Positions 38,352 through 46,338 of a DNA stretch of 64,000 bases are shown here, piece after piece. The stretch lies in the NCBI GenBank assembly GCA_020631855.1, contig JACKGU010000001.1:363118-427117 (forward strand), read 5' to 3'. The stretch is from Candidatus Nomurabacteria bacterium. GTDB lineage: Bacteria; Patescibacteriota; WWE3; UBA101185; UBA10185. Position 1 is the first letter of the stretch; each line of letters begins with the position of its first letter. The translations under genes were made by a program, and so were the position numbers. A model generated the notes under the pieces. That model saw only the letters and a list, made by a program, of their open reading frames with translations, ran no database searches and had not been told where the DNA came from.

Positions 38352-38594
38352 ATGCTAAATAAAATAAAGGATCTACTTAAAATAGGAGATAAAAAATCTT
38401 GTTGCGGAGGGGCAAAAGACGATTGTTGCCAAAACCACGAGGATTCTTGTTGCGGCGGACATTGCTCGCCCGAGGACACAGAGAAAGGCTGCTGTTGCAA
38501 CGGTAACGGACAGTGCAATTGCTCTAAAGACGAATGCTGCTGCGAATGCAAAGAGGACGAAACTTGCGAATGTAAATGCCATACAATAGAATAA
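38352..38594 (+). CDS. Cys-rich small protein (19 Cys in 80 aa), metallothionein-like
   Basis: A GGGAGG RBS lies 8 nt upstream of the ATG. The sequence is SCCGG..DCCQNHEDSCCGGHCSP..GCCCNGNGQCNCSKDECCCECKEDETCECKCH. Confidence 0.55.
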   Translation: MLNKIKDLLKIGDKKSCCGGAKDDCCQNHEDSCCGGHCSPEDTEKGCCCNGNGQCNCSKDECCCECKEDETCECKCHTIE

Positions 38595-38611
38595 CTGCCC
38601 AAAAACAAAAG

Positions 38612-38640
38612 AAAAAGCACGCCGAAAAGGGCGCTTTTTG
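38612..38640 (+). terminator. weak intrinsic terminator after Cys-rich gene
   Basis: CGCC-gaaaag-GGCG stem followed by a T5 run. Confidence 0.3.
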
Positions 38641-38735
38641 GAAAGTTGATAGCCGTAGTATCTCCGGATATACGGAAAGAGAAGGTACGAAGAAGTTAAC
38701 AAACTAGCTCGCCCGCGATATAATGTCGGGCACAT

Positions 38736-38809
38736 TGGGGGATCGTCTAATGGTAGGACACTGCACTCTGGATGCAGGAATTGGGGTTCGAATCCCTGTC
38801 CCCCAGCCA
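38736..38809 (+). tRNA. tRNA-Gln (anticodon CUG), CCA encoded
   Basis: U1-A72 pair (UGGGGGA/UCCCCCA), the Gln hallmark; D-arm GUCU-AAUGGUA-GGAC; perfect anticodon stem CUGCA/UGCAG with loop CUCUGGA; T-loop UUCGAAU; ends GCCA, as in E. coli tRNA-Gln. Confidence 0.8.
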
Positions 38810-38867
38810 AGGAAAATATCCCTAAGCCTGAGAGGTTTGCGGATGTTTTTCTTTAACGGTTTAGACA

Positions 38868-39341
38868 TTAAAGTTCTCTAATTGCTATTGCTTGAAAAAC
38901 TGAACTTTCAGAATATCCCCATGTTTGGTAACCGTGAATTTCTACTTTTTTATCTATGTATTTTTCTAAATCATAAAAGTCCTTGCTATTAGGTCGTAAC
39001 ACTTGTATTTTATCAATATATAATGGCAATCCGGAAGCATTATTCATCAATAGATAGGGCTCCTCAAAATATATCCAGTACCAATAATCTCCCAACTCCA
39101 GCTCATCAGGAATATTTTCTTTTTTTAACGTGCCTTGTAAAAAAATTGGATTATCTTCCCCAGTAAATTCTATAACTCTATCTTGATCTTTTTCAACGTC
39201 CTTTGTAAAAGAGTCATTAACTACCGAGTATTCAATCTGCTTATTTATCTTTTTGATGGAATAAAAATAATAAGCAAATAAAATATTTATAAATAACGAA
39301 AGTGCTAATAAAGTAGATAAATATTTTTTAAACATAAACAT
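38868..39341 (-). CDS. hypothetical membrane-anchored protein
   Basis: 157 aa with an N-terminal TM helix. Confidence 0.45.
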   Translation of the reverse strand: MFMFKKYLSTLLALSLFINILFAYYFYSIKKINKQIEYSVVNDSFTKDVEKDQDRVIEFTGEDNPIFLQGTLKKENIPDELELGDYWYWIYFEEPYLLMNNASGLPLYIDKIQVLRPNSKDFYDLEKYIDKKVEIHGYQTWGYSESSVFQAIAIREL

Positions 39342-39434
39342 ATTTTACTACTTTATGGCAGTACGAAATAGCATATATGTGCAATTGACTTAAAAAATGG
39401 GTTTATATTTTTATAAGTACCAATTTGTGACCAT

Positions 39435-39512
39435 ACGGCCAGCCATATAGCCTTAAGAAACTACGTACAAGATAGAACTACCTTTTTGATGCTAGACCCA
39501 TATGCTCAGCCA
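39435..39512 (+). repeat. cassette-junction repeats J1a (39435-39478) and J1b core CTAGACCCATATGCTCAGCCA (39492-39512)
   Basis: J1a matches 44646-44687 (ACGGCCAGCCATATA...AGAAAC...ACA.GATAG). J1b matches the cores at 40455, 41168 and 43588. Confidence 0.55.
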
Positions 39513-39514
39513 GG

Positions 39515-39551
39515 AATTTGGCAATCAGCCTGAAGGGCTGGTTGCCAAATT
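39515..39551 (+). repeat. 16-bp near-perfect inverted repeat AATTTGGCAATCAGCC-tgaag-GGCTGGTTGCCAAATT
   Basis: 15 of 16 positions are complementary (one U-G in RNA); it lies between junction repeat J1b and the attR-like copy. Confidence 0.5.
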
Positions 39552-39640
39552 ACTTGTTGAGAGCGAAAGGATTCGAATGGCGCAGGCACGACGGTGCCGA
39601 GCCGAGGTCGGGCAAAAATTCAGCAGAATTTTATGCGTGA

Positions 39641-39661
39641 CCGAATCCCTGTCCCCCAGCC
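39641..39661 (+). repeat. exact 21-bp copy of tRNA-Gln 3' end (attR-like)
   Basis: Identical to 38789-38809. Confidence 0.7.
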
Positions 39662-39730
39662 AGGGTTTCTCCCTATAACAACAATCCCAAATATAGGCCA
39701 TCAGGTAATTCGAACTGATATAATGTTCTT

Positions 39731-40402
39731 ATGAAACTAATTTTGGGCGGAGGCGGGGATGAAAACACCTCCATACAATCACATAAACGCTTTTTTGATC
39801 TTCTGAAAAATTCTAGAAAAGTCTTATACATCCCAATAGCAATTCTTTCAGATAAATATACACCAGAAGGGTGCCTTTCTTGGTTTTCAGGAGCTTTTAA
39901 AAATATGGGAGATCTAGATATCGAAATGGTCACTAGATTTGAGGATATCGATAGTGACTTAGGCAAGTATGCTGGTATCTATATTGGTGGTGGAAATACC
40001 TATAAGTTACTTCATGAGATGAAAAAATCTGGTATCGATGAGAGATTAGATACATATAAGGGAGTAGTCTATGGGGGCAGTGCTGGAGCTATCATATTTG
40101 GTAAAGATATATCTACTGCTGAACATGCGGATATAAATAATGTTGGTTTAAAAGATATTTCTGGGTTAAATTACCTAAAAGGTTATAACTTGTGGTGTCA
40201 CTATAAAGAAGAAGATATTCCCCTAATAGATCGGCTAGTAGAAAAGGGGCAGAAAATTATATCTATTGAGGAAGATTCGGCAATTTACATCAATAATACA
40301 CATATAATTCAAAGTATTGGTAATAATGTAAGAATTCATATACAAGGAAAAGATACTTTCAAACTTTTACCAAAAGAACAGTTCGAACTTCTTCCCCGAT
40401 GA
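39731..40402 (+). CDS. peptidase S51 (dipeptidase E/cyanophycinase-like) family protein
   Basis: IYIGGGNTYKLL and VYGGSAGAIIF (Ser nucleophile) align with the PepE motifs IIVGGGNTFQLL and IGWSAGA. Confidence 0.7.
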   Translation: MKLILGGGGDENTSIQSHKRFFDLLKNSRKVLYIPIAILSDKYTPEGCLSWFSGAFKNMGDLDIEMVTRFEDIDSDLGKYAGIYIGGGNTYKLLHEMKKSGIDERLDTYKGVVYGGSAGAIIFGKDISTAEHADINNVGLKDISGLNYLKGYNLWCHYKEEDIPLIDRLVEKGQKIISIEEDSAIYINNTHIIQSIGNNVRIHIQGKDTFKLLPKEQFELLPR

Positions 40403-40454
40403 ACAACCAAATGGCCTGGATACGCATCGTACAGGATAGAACCCTATTTTAGTA

Positions 40455-40500
40455 CTAGACCCGCATGCTCAGCCAAATATCCTGGAGAAACTGTGAATGG
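40455..40500 (+). repeat. cassette-junction repeat J2: core CTAGACCCGCATGCTCAGCCA + tail AATATCCTGGAGAAACTG
   Basis: The core is shared with J1b, J3 and J6; the tail is shared with 42961-42985 and 44659-44687; it is flanked by the inverted pair CAGGATA/TATCCTG. Confidence 0.6.
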
Positions 40501-40522
40501 GATATAGTGATATTATAATATC

Positions 40523-41158
40523 GTGAAAGAATTCGAGAACATAAAAAAATATATAGAATTTATTAACTCATTAGATTTAACTTTCGATAAAAATCCGGAA
40601 GAATATGGGTACAAAAACCCAGTAATACTCTTGATGGACGCAACCCTTTCAATAAATAGACAGTACAACAAATTTGTTCTTCCAAGAATTGAATATTTTA
40701 AACAGAGTTTTCCTAATATAAATACTCTTGAGAAACTTAATAATTTGATAAAAGAGACGGGTATAAATGACTTCGAAAACGTGTGGAATTATAATCATCC
40801 TAAGAGGGTGGAAATATTACAAAACCTAGCTAAGTTTTTTCTCGAATATAAAACTGAAAATTCTATCAAGGATGATTTAGAAAGTATGAAACATTGGGCT
40901 AAGAGTGTAGATATAAATTCTGGAAAAATATTACCAATAGATGGAATGGGATTTGCAACAAGCCAATATATAAGAAAGATGTTAGGCGTTGATTCTGTGA
41001 AACCAGATGTTCATATAAAAAGATCTATTATTGAAGGGATAGGAGAAAAAATGTCTGACAAAAAAACTGTGATGTTTATAGAAATTGTTGCAAAGGAAAT
41101 GGGTATTACTCCAACAGCTCTAGACCATGCTATTTGGAAACATTACTCCTTGAAATAA
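40523..41158 (+). CDS. HhH-GPD-like (DNA glycosylase superfamily) protein
   Basis: GMGFATSQYIRKMLGVDSVKPDVHIKR resembles the helix-hairpin-helix Gly/Pro-rich loop plus Asp of HhH-GPD proteins. It has a GTG start. Confidence 0.4.
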   Translation: MKEFENIKKYIEFINSLDLTFDKNPEEYGYKNPVILLMDATLSINRQYNKFVLPRIEYFKQSFPNINTLEKLNNLIKETGINDFENVWNYNHPKRVEILQNLAKFFLEYKTENSIKDDLESMKHWAKSVDINSGKILPIDGMGFATSQYIRKMLGVDSVKPDVHIKRSIIEGIGEKMSDKKTVMFIEIVAKEMGITPTALDHAIWKHYSLK

Positions 41159-41167
41159 CGTTTGGTG

Positions 41168-41188
41168 CTAGACCCGTATGCTCAGCCA
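41168..41188 (+). repeat. cassette-junction repeat J3 core CTAGACCCGTATGCTCAGCCA
   Basis: 20 of 21 identical to the J2 core; it lies about 40 nt upstream of the RyR gene ATG. Confidence 0.6.
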
Positions 41189-41229
41189 ATAGCTTGGAGA
41201 ATATAACTCTATATCTGTATAATTACGGA

Positions 41230-41445
41230 ATGAATTTCAACAAAGAGATGTTAGAAAGACTTGCCGAACTAGAACATAGACAATGGGCCACTTGGATGAA
41301 GTATATGCTAAAAAATCTTACATCTGAAAATATAGAAAAGTGGAAAAAGCAAGCTGATACCCCATACAAAGATTTAACCGAAAAGGAAAAGGACAGCGAT
41401 AGAAATTGGGCTAAAGAAGTGCAAAAAATACTTAATGGTTCTTGA
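41230..41445 (+). CDS. small RyR-domain protein
   Basis: LAELEHRQWATWM...TPYKDLTEKEKDSDR matches the bacterial RyR (ryanodine-receptor-like) domain pattern EHERW...PY..L.E.EK..DR. The start is taken at the internal Met MNFNKEM. Confidence 0.45.
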   Translation: MNFNKEMLERLAELEHRQWATWMKYMLKNLTSENIEKWKKQADTPYKDLTEKEKDSDRNWAKEVQKILNGS

Positions 41446-41462
41446 CCTGCTTGCTCAGCCAA
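41442..41462 (+). repeat. cassette-junction repeat J4 (TTGACCTGCTTGCTCAGCCAA)
   Basis: Shares GACC...GCTCAGCCA with the other cores; it lies 45 nt upstream of the HD gene. Confidence 0.5.
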
Positions 41463-41506
41463 GGCAGTAACTATTATTTTTAATAGTAGTAACGTAAAAT
41501 ACTCTT

Positions 41507-42142
41507 ATGAATACTTCGGAAATAGTCTCGTTCATTACATTCTCTGAAAAATTAAAAAAATTAGAAAGATTTAAAGGACAATTCTACTGGAAGGACTATC
41601 CCACGTTACCAAGATATGAGTCTGTAGCGGATCATTCTTGGCGATTATCTTTATTGATTTACGCTTTTGAAAAAAAACTTTCGCACCCCATAAATATTGA
41701 AAAAGCACTAAAAATGACAATTATTCACGATTTACCTGAAATTATTTCTGGCGATGATAGTCCAATGGGAAAAGATGGAACTGGTAAAGATTCGCATGCC
41801 TATAACGGTGATGTTCAAAAACAAAGACACGAAAGAGAAAAAGATGCTGCAAAGGAACTGTTCAGCAAACTTCCAAAAGATATTGGTGAGGAAATGTTTA
41901 ACTTGTGGGTTGAATATGAATCTCAGGAATGTTTTGAAGCAAAAGTAGTTAAAGCACTAGATAAAATTGAATGCTTGCTACAAGTACTTGAATATAGTAA
42001 TGGGAATTTGTTTAAAGACCATCTGGAATTTAGTATTAGTTATGGATTAAAACATGCGAATATCGATCCTGCCATTAAAAGCTTTGGGGAAGAAATTGCT
42101 CAAGAGATGAGAAATTCTTATAAGGAATACGTAAATGAATAG
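41507..42142 (+). CDS. HD-domain phosphohydrolase (YfbR-like 5'-deoxynucleotidase family)
   Basis: ESVADHSWRLSLL (H motif) and HDLPEIISGDD (HD motif) align with E. coli YfbR ENVSEHSLQVAMV and HDASEVLTGDL. Confidence 0.65.
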   Translation: MNTSEIVSFITFSEKLKKLERFKGQFYWKDYPTLPRYESVADHSWRLSLLIYAFEKKLSHPINIEKALKMTIIHDLPEIISGDDSPMGKDGTGKDSHAYNGDVQKQRHEREKDAAKELFSKLPKDIGEEMFNLWVEYESQECFEAKVVKALDKIECLLQVLEYSNGNLFKDHLEFSISYGLKHANIDPAIKSFGEEIAQEMRNSYKEYVNE

Positions 42143-42297
42143 TGGGTGAAAGTTTAAATAGCGTACAGTACGAACGGCCAAATTGAAAAAACACTACTTT
42201 CCTTTATAACCGCAAGTTCCAAAACACGCTAAAAAACGTAGGCCAATTTGAACTTTGGAACTTGCAGAATGTATGCAATAAAATGGTATCGTCTCTT

Positions 42298-42762
42298 CTA
42301 AAAGAAAAAACCTTTGGATTTAGATTTTAAGAAGTGTTTTAATTCGATCAAAAACTCTCGCACTTCTATAGGAAGCCTGCTTAATCCGTTTGTTTTTCCA
42401 TCCAACCAAGATATATATTTCTCATAAGAGACTTTACTATCAATGTAATAACTGTTTTTTGCTAACAAAGTATTTATTACAGGTTGAATTTTATCCATTA
42501 AGTAAACGGATTCAGATTCTGGGCTACTCTTGTTCTCATACTCTTCAATAGAAGTGTGTAAACCGTCAAAATCTTGCCATCTCTCTTTTATATTATTAAG
42601 TGCTTCCTGTTCTCTATCGAATTTATTGTTCTTTTGCTCTTCTGATGCGTTATGAGAGTCCGTATCACCGGCTTGAATTTCTACTAAATCATGCGTAAGG
42701 GCATACTTAAAGACCTTTAATAAATCCAAATTTAGGTTAAATTTCTCAATAAGATACAGCAA
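42298..42762 (-). pseudogene. degenerate HD-domain (YfbR-like) paralog lacking the N-terminal His motif
   Basis: It retains LTHDLVEIQAGDTDS (the HD motif), but the upstream region has an in-frame stop where the ExxxEHS motif should be. The ORF has a TTG start. Confidence 0.35.
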
Positions 42763-42943
42763 GTAATCGCTAGTTTGAAACTATGCTCTGGGTCTGTTTC
42801 CATTTGGTCTCGTCCACGGATAGGTGCTTTTCGATATATCTGGTCAAAATCATGTAAATAATCAATGAGGGAACAAAGCGCGTTATGTTATCCATATCAT
42901 GATTAAAACATTCCACAACTTATAAAAGTTCCAACCAAATCTC

Positions 42944-42985
42944 AACTGCCCAGTCATTAAACCTGGAGAAACTGCTTACAGGATA
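42944..42985 (+). repeat. cassette-junction repeat J5 (…CCCAGTCATTAAACCTGGAGAAACTGCTTACAGGATA)
   Basis: The tail is identical to the J2 and J7 tails; the core is degenerate. Confidence 0.5.
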
Positions 42986-42989
42986 ATAA

Positions 42990-43541
42990 TTATCTCCTTC
43001 TAGCCACTAAAATTTCACGTTCTTGGTTCATACCTGATTTAGTTCCACCTATTACTTTGTCGTGTAACAACACATCCCAGGATTTATATTTATTGACTAG
43101 ATAGTCTCCAACAAAATAGCATTTTTTATGGTTAATATTAAATTCACCTTGGTCTGTAAAACCAACGATTATATTTATTCCATCTGTTGCAGTATGTTCC
43201 TGTATCGAATCTATGAGTTTGTCTCCGGACGAAAGTTTTAAAAAATGAAAAGTAAAGAAGGAAATGATGTCATCATAAGTGTCGTTTATAATATAGTTAT
43301 TAAGATCTGCTCCTTCGGTATGTATGTTTAGATTGTTTTCATTTGCAAATATTTTTAAGTCATTAAGCGCTGCGTTATCCTTATCTATATTCATAACTTC
43401 AAACCCATTTCTTGCAAGAAAAATTGCGTTTGTTCCATCTGATCCGCCTAAATCCAAAACCTTTCCAGTCTTTAAATCAGCTAAATATTTTACCAATAGT
43501 TTATTAGGCTCCTTTGACCATCGTGAATTAATCACAGTCAT
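42990..43541 (-). CDS. class I SAM-dependent methyltransferase (TehB-like)
   Basis: Motif I VLDLGGSDGTNAIFLARNGFEV; 183 aa. Confidence 0.65.
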   Translation of the reverse strand: MTVINSRWSKEPNKLLVKYLADLKTGKVLDLGGSDGTNAIFLARNGFEVMNIDKDNAALNDLKIFANENNLNIHTEGADLNNYIINDTYDDIISFFTFHFLKLSSGDKLIDSIQEHTATDGINIIVGFTDQGEFNINHKKCYFVGDYLVNKYKSWDVLLHDKVIGGTKSGMNQEREILVARRR

Positions 43542-43587
43542 ATCTTTCAGTTTAACATCAATTTCTACACTAGATAATAAGTTGGTT

Positions 43588-43619
43588 CTAGATCTATTTG
43601 CTCAGCCAGTGTTTTCTCC
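43588..43619 (+). repeat. cassette-junction repeat J6: CTAGATCTATTTGCTCAGCCAGTGTTTTCTCC
   Basis: Core plus CAGCCAGTGTTTCTCC, which matches the attR flank CAGCCAGGGTTTCTCC at 39656-39671 at 15 of 16 positions. Confidence 0.6.
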
Positions 43620-43682
43620 TTGTCAAAACAACATAAAACAACCCATACCCAATAGAGATTAGAACTAAGGTATACTTTATGT

Positions 43683-44612
43683 ATGGAAAATAACTTTACC
43701 GACTTTCTAATAGAATTAACAAATATCTCACCTAGACGAGGTATTAACGAACAAAAAGCAGCCCAATCAATTAAAAAATATTTAACAGAAGCAGGTGTTG
43801 ATTTTACTACTCAAGAATTTGAAACGATAATCCCTGATATAAAAAAAGCTGAATTATATGCTGATGGTGAAAAAATTCCTTGTTTAGGAGCATCCTTTGT
43901 TAGCGGACATATAGACAACAAAGCAACTATAGTTAATGCAACAGGACCTAATGTGCAAAATCCCATGATAATTTTTAATCCGGTGTCGTTAGGTGTGTGT
44001 TTACAACAGTTTAAAAAATACCCTGCAGTTACTATAAATAGAGATTCAGTTATTCAATTAATAATGGCCAACAATATCAAGGGTGAGGTTATTGTAGAAG
44101 ATTTTAAATTTATATCCCAAAATATTTTAGTCGGTAACACGAGTAATCCTGAAAATATTGTTTTTGCTCATTATGACTCTTTAATAGGTGGTGCCTTAGA
44201 TAATGGAGGAGCTGTAGATGTTTTATACCAATTAATAACTGATGATAAAAATTTATTAATCAATAATCTTTTTGTTTTTATTGGTAGTGAGGAAGAATCA
44301 ACTTCAAGTGAAGATGGCTTATGGGGTTTTAATATTTTCGACAAAAAATATCATGAATTACTATTAAGCTGTAAAAAGGTTATAGTTCTGGATGGAGTAG
44401 GTATCGGAAAACCCAAATTTGTGTCTAACCATATTGATTGGGTTTTTGGAGTAGACCGTGATATGGATAAAATTAGTCCTAAAGTACTTTGGATGCAAAA
44501 CGATCAAACAATAGTTATGAAATACTATCATTCTGACTTGGATACAATATCAATCTTAAAAACCGAACATCTAAATGAAGCTAAAGAATTATTATTAAGT
44601 GAAATAAGTTAA
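43683..44612 (+). CDS. M28-family metallopeptidase-like protein
   Basis: FAHYDSLIGGALDNGGAVDVL...FVFIGSEEES matches the H-x-D / D / EE metal-ligand pattern of M28/M20 peptidases. Confidence 0.55.
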   Translation: MENNFTDFLIELTNISPRRGINEQKAAQSIKKYLTEAGVDFTTQEFETIIPDIKKAELYADGEKIPCLGASFVSGHIDNKATIVNATGPNVQNPMIIFNPVSLGVCLQQFKKYPAVTINRDSVIQLIMANNIKGEVIVEDFKFISQNILVGNTSNPENIVFAHYDSLIGGALDNGGAVDVLYQLITDDKNLLINNLFVFIGSEEESTSSEDGLWGFNIFDKKYHELLLSCKKVIVLDGVGIGKPKFVSNHIDWVFGVDRDMDKISPKVLWMQNDQTIVMKYYHSDLDTISILKTEHLNEAKELLLSEIS

Positions 44613-44645
44613 ATTTGAGTAAATATAGTTCTAACTTCGCAAGCT

Positions 44646-44687
44646 ACGGCCAGCCATATATCCTGTAGAAACGGCTTACAGGATAGA
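44646..44687 (+). repeat. cassette-junction repeat J7 (ACGGCCAGCCATATATCCTGTAGAAACGGCTTACAGGATAG)
   Basis: Matches J1a and the J2/J5 tails; it contains the inverted pair TATCCTG...CAGGATA. Confidence 0.55.
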
Positions 44688-44823
44688 GATTCTTTATGGT
44701 ACTACATCCATATACCCAACCAAAGTGAACACATCCATGACCGTGATTTGTGAGAAGTCTTAAACATCTTTGTTATTTTGAAGTTTTGCTATTGAGATTC
44801 GGACCGTTTTTGGCTTGTGGTTA

Positions 44824-45597
44824 CTAATCGATCTTGAAAAGATAAAATTTATCTTTTAGTTGAAACCCATTTTTTATCAATCCTTTATAAGACCCTGTTG
44901 CTTCCTCGGCTATTGAAATGAATTTATTAACGCCATGATTTACACCGAAATTACATCGTTCGTCCACGAGTGCGGTGTGCAGCCCCCTTCTTCTGTGATC
45001 TTTTACCACACCTGCGTTATGAAGGTAGGCCAATCCCAAACTTGTATCTACTATAACTGATCCTGCACCTATAATTTCTTGTTTATGTTTTGTTACAATA
45101 GTTTCGAATTTGCGATCCTCTTGGCCTTCCTCTTTATATTTTTCATAAAGTCTACAATAATATGATTCCCCAGGCCAACCAGGATGACAGCTCTCAAGGA
45201 CTTTTATGACCTCATTTAAGCTATATTCATTTGACAGATAATAGTCTGTCGGAAGGTTTGGATTTGTCTGTTTCCCAATCTCTTTAACTAGGTAGCTATC
45301 AGAGCCCAATTTTTCACCTCCATATTTTTTCACGAAAGGTAAATAGTTATCTTTTAATTTTTCGTTAACATAAAAGGACAGCTTTTTCCCTTCCGATTTA
45401 CTCTTGTGTATGATCTGGTCGATTAAGGATATATTTAGCTTTTTAGGATCAGATAGTTTTGGAACAACAAAGTTGTACCACTCATCTTTAAAATGAGAGT
45501 CAACATAAAAAAAATCGTTATACTCTATAAAACGAATCGAATTTGTGCCAAGAAATATTCTCATAATATCGGTAAAAATCGCACTAAAGTAATTCAT
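44824..45597 (-). CDS. GNAT-family N-acetyltransferase domain protein
   Basis: The C-terminal IGAGSVIVDTSLGLAYLHNAGVVKDHRRRGLHTALV matches GNAT motif A (acetyl-CoA binding R/Q-x-x-G-x-G/A). Confidence 0.55.
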   Translation of the reverse strand: MNYFSAIFTDIMRIFLGTNSIRFIEYNDFFYVDSHFKDEWYNFVVPKLSDPKKLNISLIDQIIHKSKSEGKKLSFYVNEKLKDNYLPFVKKYGGEKLGSDSYLVKEIGKQTNPNLPTDYYLSNEYSLNEVIKVLESCHPGWPGESYYCRLYEKYKEEGQEDRKFETIVTKHKQEIIGAGSVIVDTSLGLAYLHNAGVVKDHRRRGLHTALVDERCNFGVNHGVNKFISIAEEATGSYKGLIKNGFQLKDKFYLFKID

Positions 45598-46338
45598 GAT
45601 GAAATTATACTATAACAGTAACTAATAATTAGAATTTTTAAATCCTCGAAGTAAAATGGTTTTGTTATGGATATAGGGCGGAAGTTCTTACGCAACATTT
45701 TTGACTCGGCCGAAAAAATCTATACTATTATACATATATGCATGGCTTTAAAACACATGAACTTAAGAGTTATTATAGAACACATATTAAGCTGGGCCTT
45801 AAGATTGCTATTTTTAGCCTTTTTATAATAACAAGCAACAACAAATCTTATGCCGCAGAAATTAACCTAACATCTTCAGAATATCACTTCAGGATAGACG
45901 GCGCTGCGGCAAAAGACTTCCTAGGCATTACAACATACCTTAATATTTGAATTTTATTCTTAAAATTAAGTTCCGGATATTTGCAAATAGTTGAAGCGAT
46001 TGAGTTACTTCTTGATAATAGCAACATAAAAACCAGGTGATTTCTCTTGCAGCATTTCCGCATGCCTAAAAGATACAAGCCTAGTGGTACAGATTTGGTT
46101 GGAAAAGATAAACATGCCATAGATAAAATGTTGAGCTTTAACGCCCCTGCTTACAATGAGAAAGAAACAATTTCCATATATAACACTTTAATCAATTCAA
46201 ATGTTACAAACTCGAATAGTCGCAAGAACAATAATGTAGAGGTAAAATAATACGTAGAAACTAATTAAATATACCTTTTTACAGTATCCTATTTCTTGAA
46301 AAATTATTCATAAATCGCCTTTTATAAAGTAGTATCTA

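Larger units (their letters stand above)
38789..39661 (+). mobile_element. 0.83-kb islet bounded by the tRNA-Gln 3' end and its exact 21-bp direct repeat (attL/attR-like)
   Basis: CGAATCCCTGTCCCCCAGCCA occurs at 38789-38809 and at 39641-39661; one small gene (38868..39341) lies between. Confidence 0.5.

Noticed and set aside
38291-38810. Minus-strand ORFs 38291..38620 and 38373..38810
   Set aside because: They are antisense shadows of the Cys-rich gene, which has the strong RBS, and of tRNA-Gln. Their Gln/Ser-rich low-complexity translations derive from reversed Cys codons.
39673-39966. ORF 39673..39966 (-)
   Set aside because: It is antisense to the start of the S51 peptidase gene and spans the attR-like repeat and its flank. 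There is no RBS or motif.
39435-44690. Classical integron (intI plus attC array) interpretation of the cassette island
   Set aside because: No tyrosine integrase gene is in or near the array. The junction motif lacks the GTTRRRY core and the R''/L'' structure of attC sites. The array is anchored at a tRNA 3' end. It is kept as 'cassette-array-like' only.
45738-46250. Small ORFs 45738..45950, 45884..46120, 46047..46250 in the AT-rich spacer
   Set aside because: This is a low-complexity AT-rich region. The ORFs overlap in mutually exclusive frames and have no RBS or motifs, so it is treated as intergenic.
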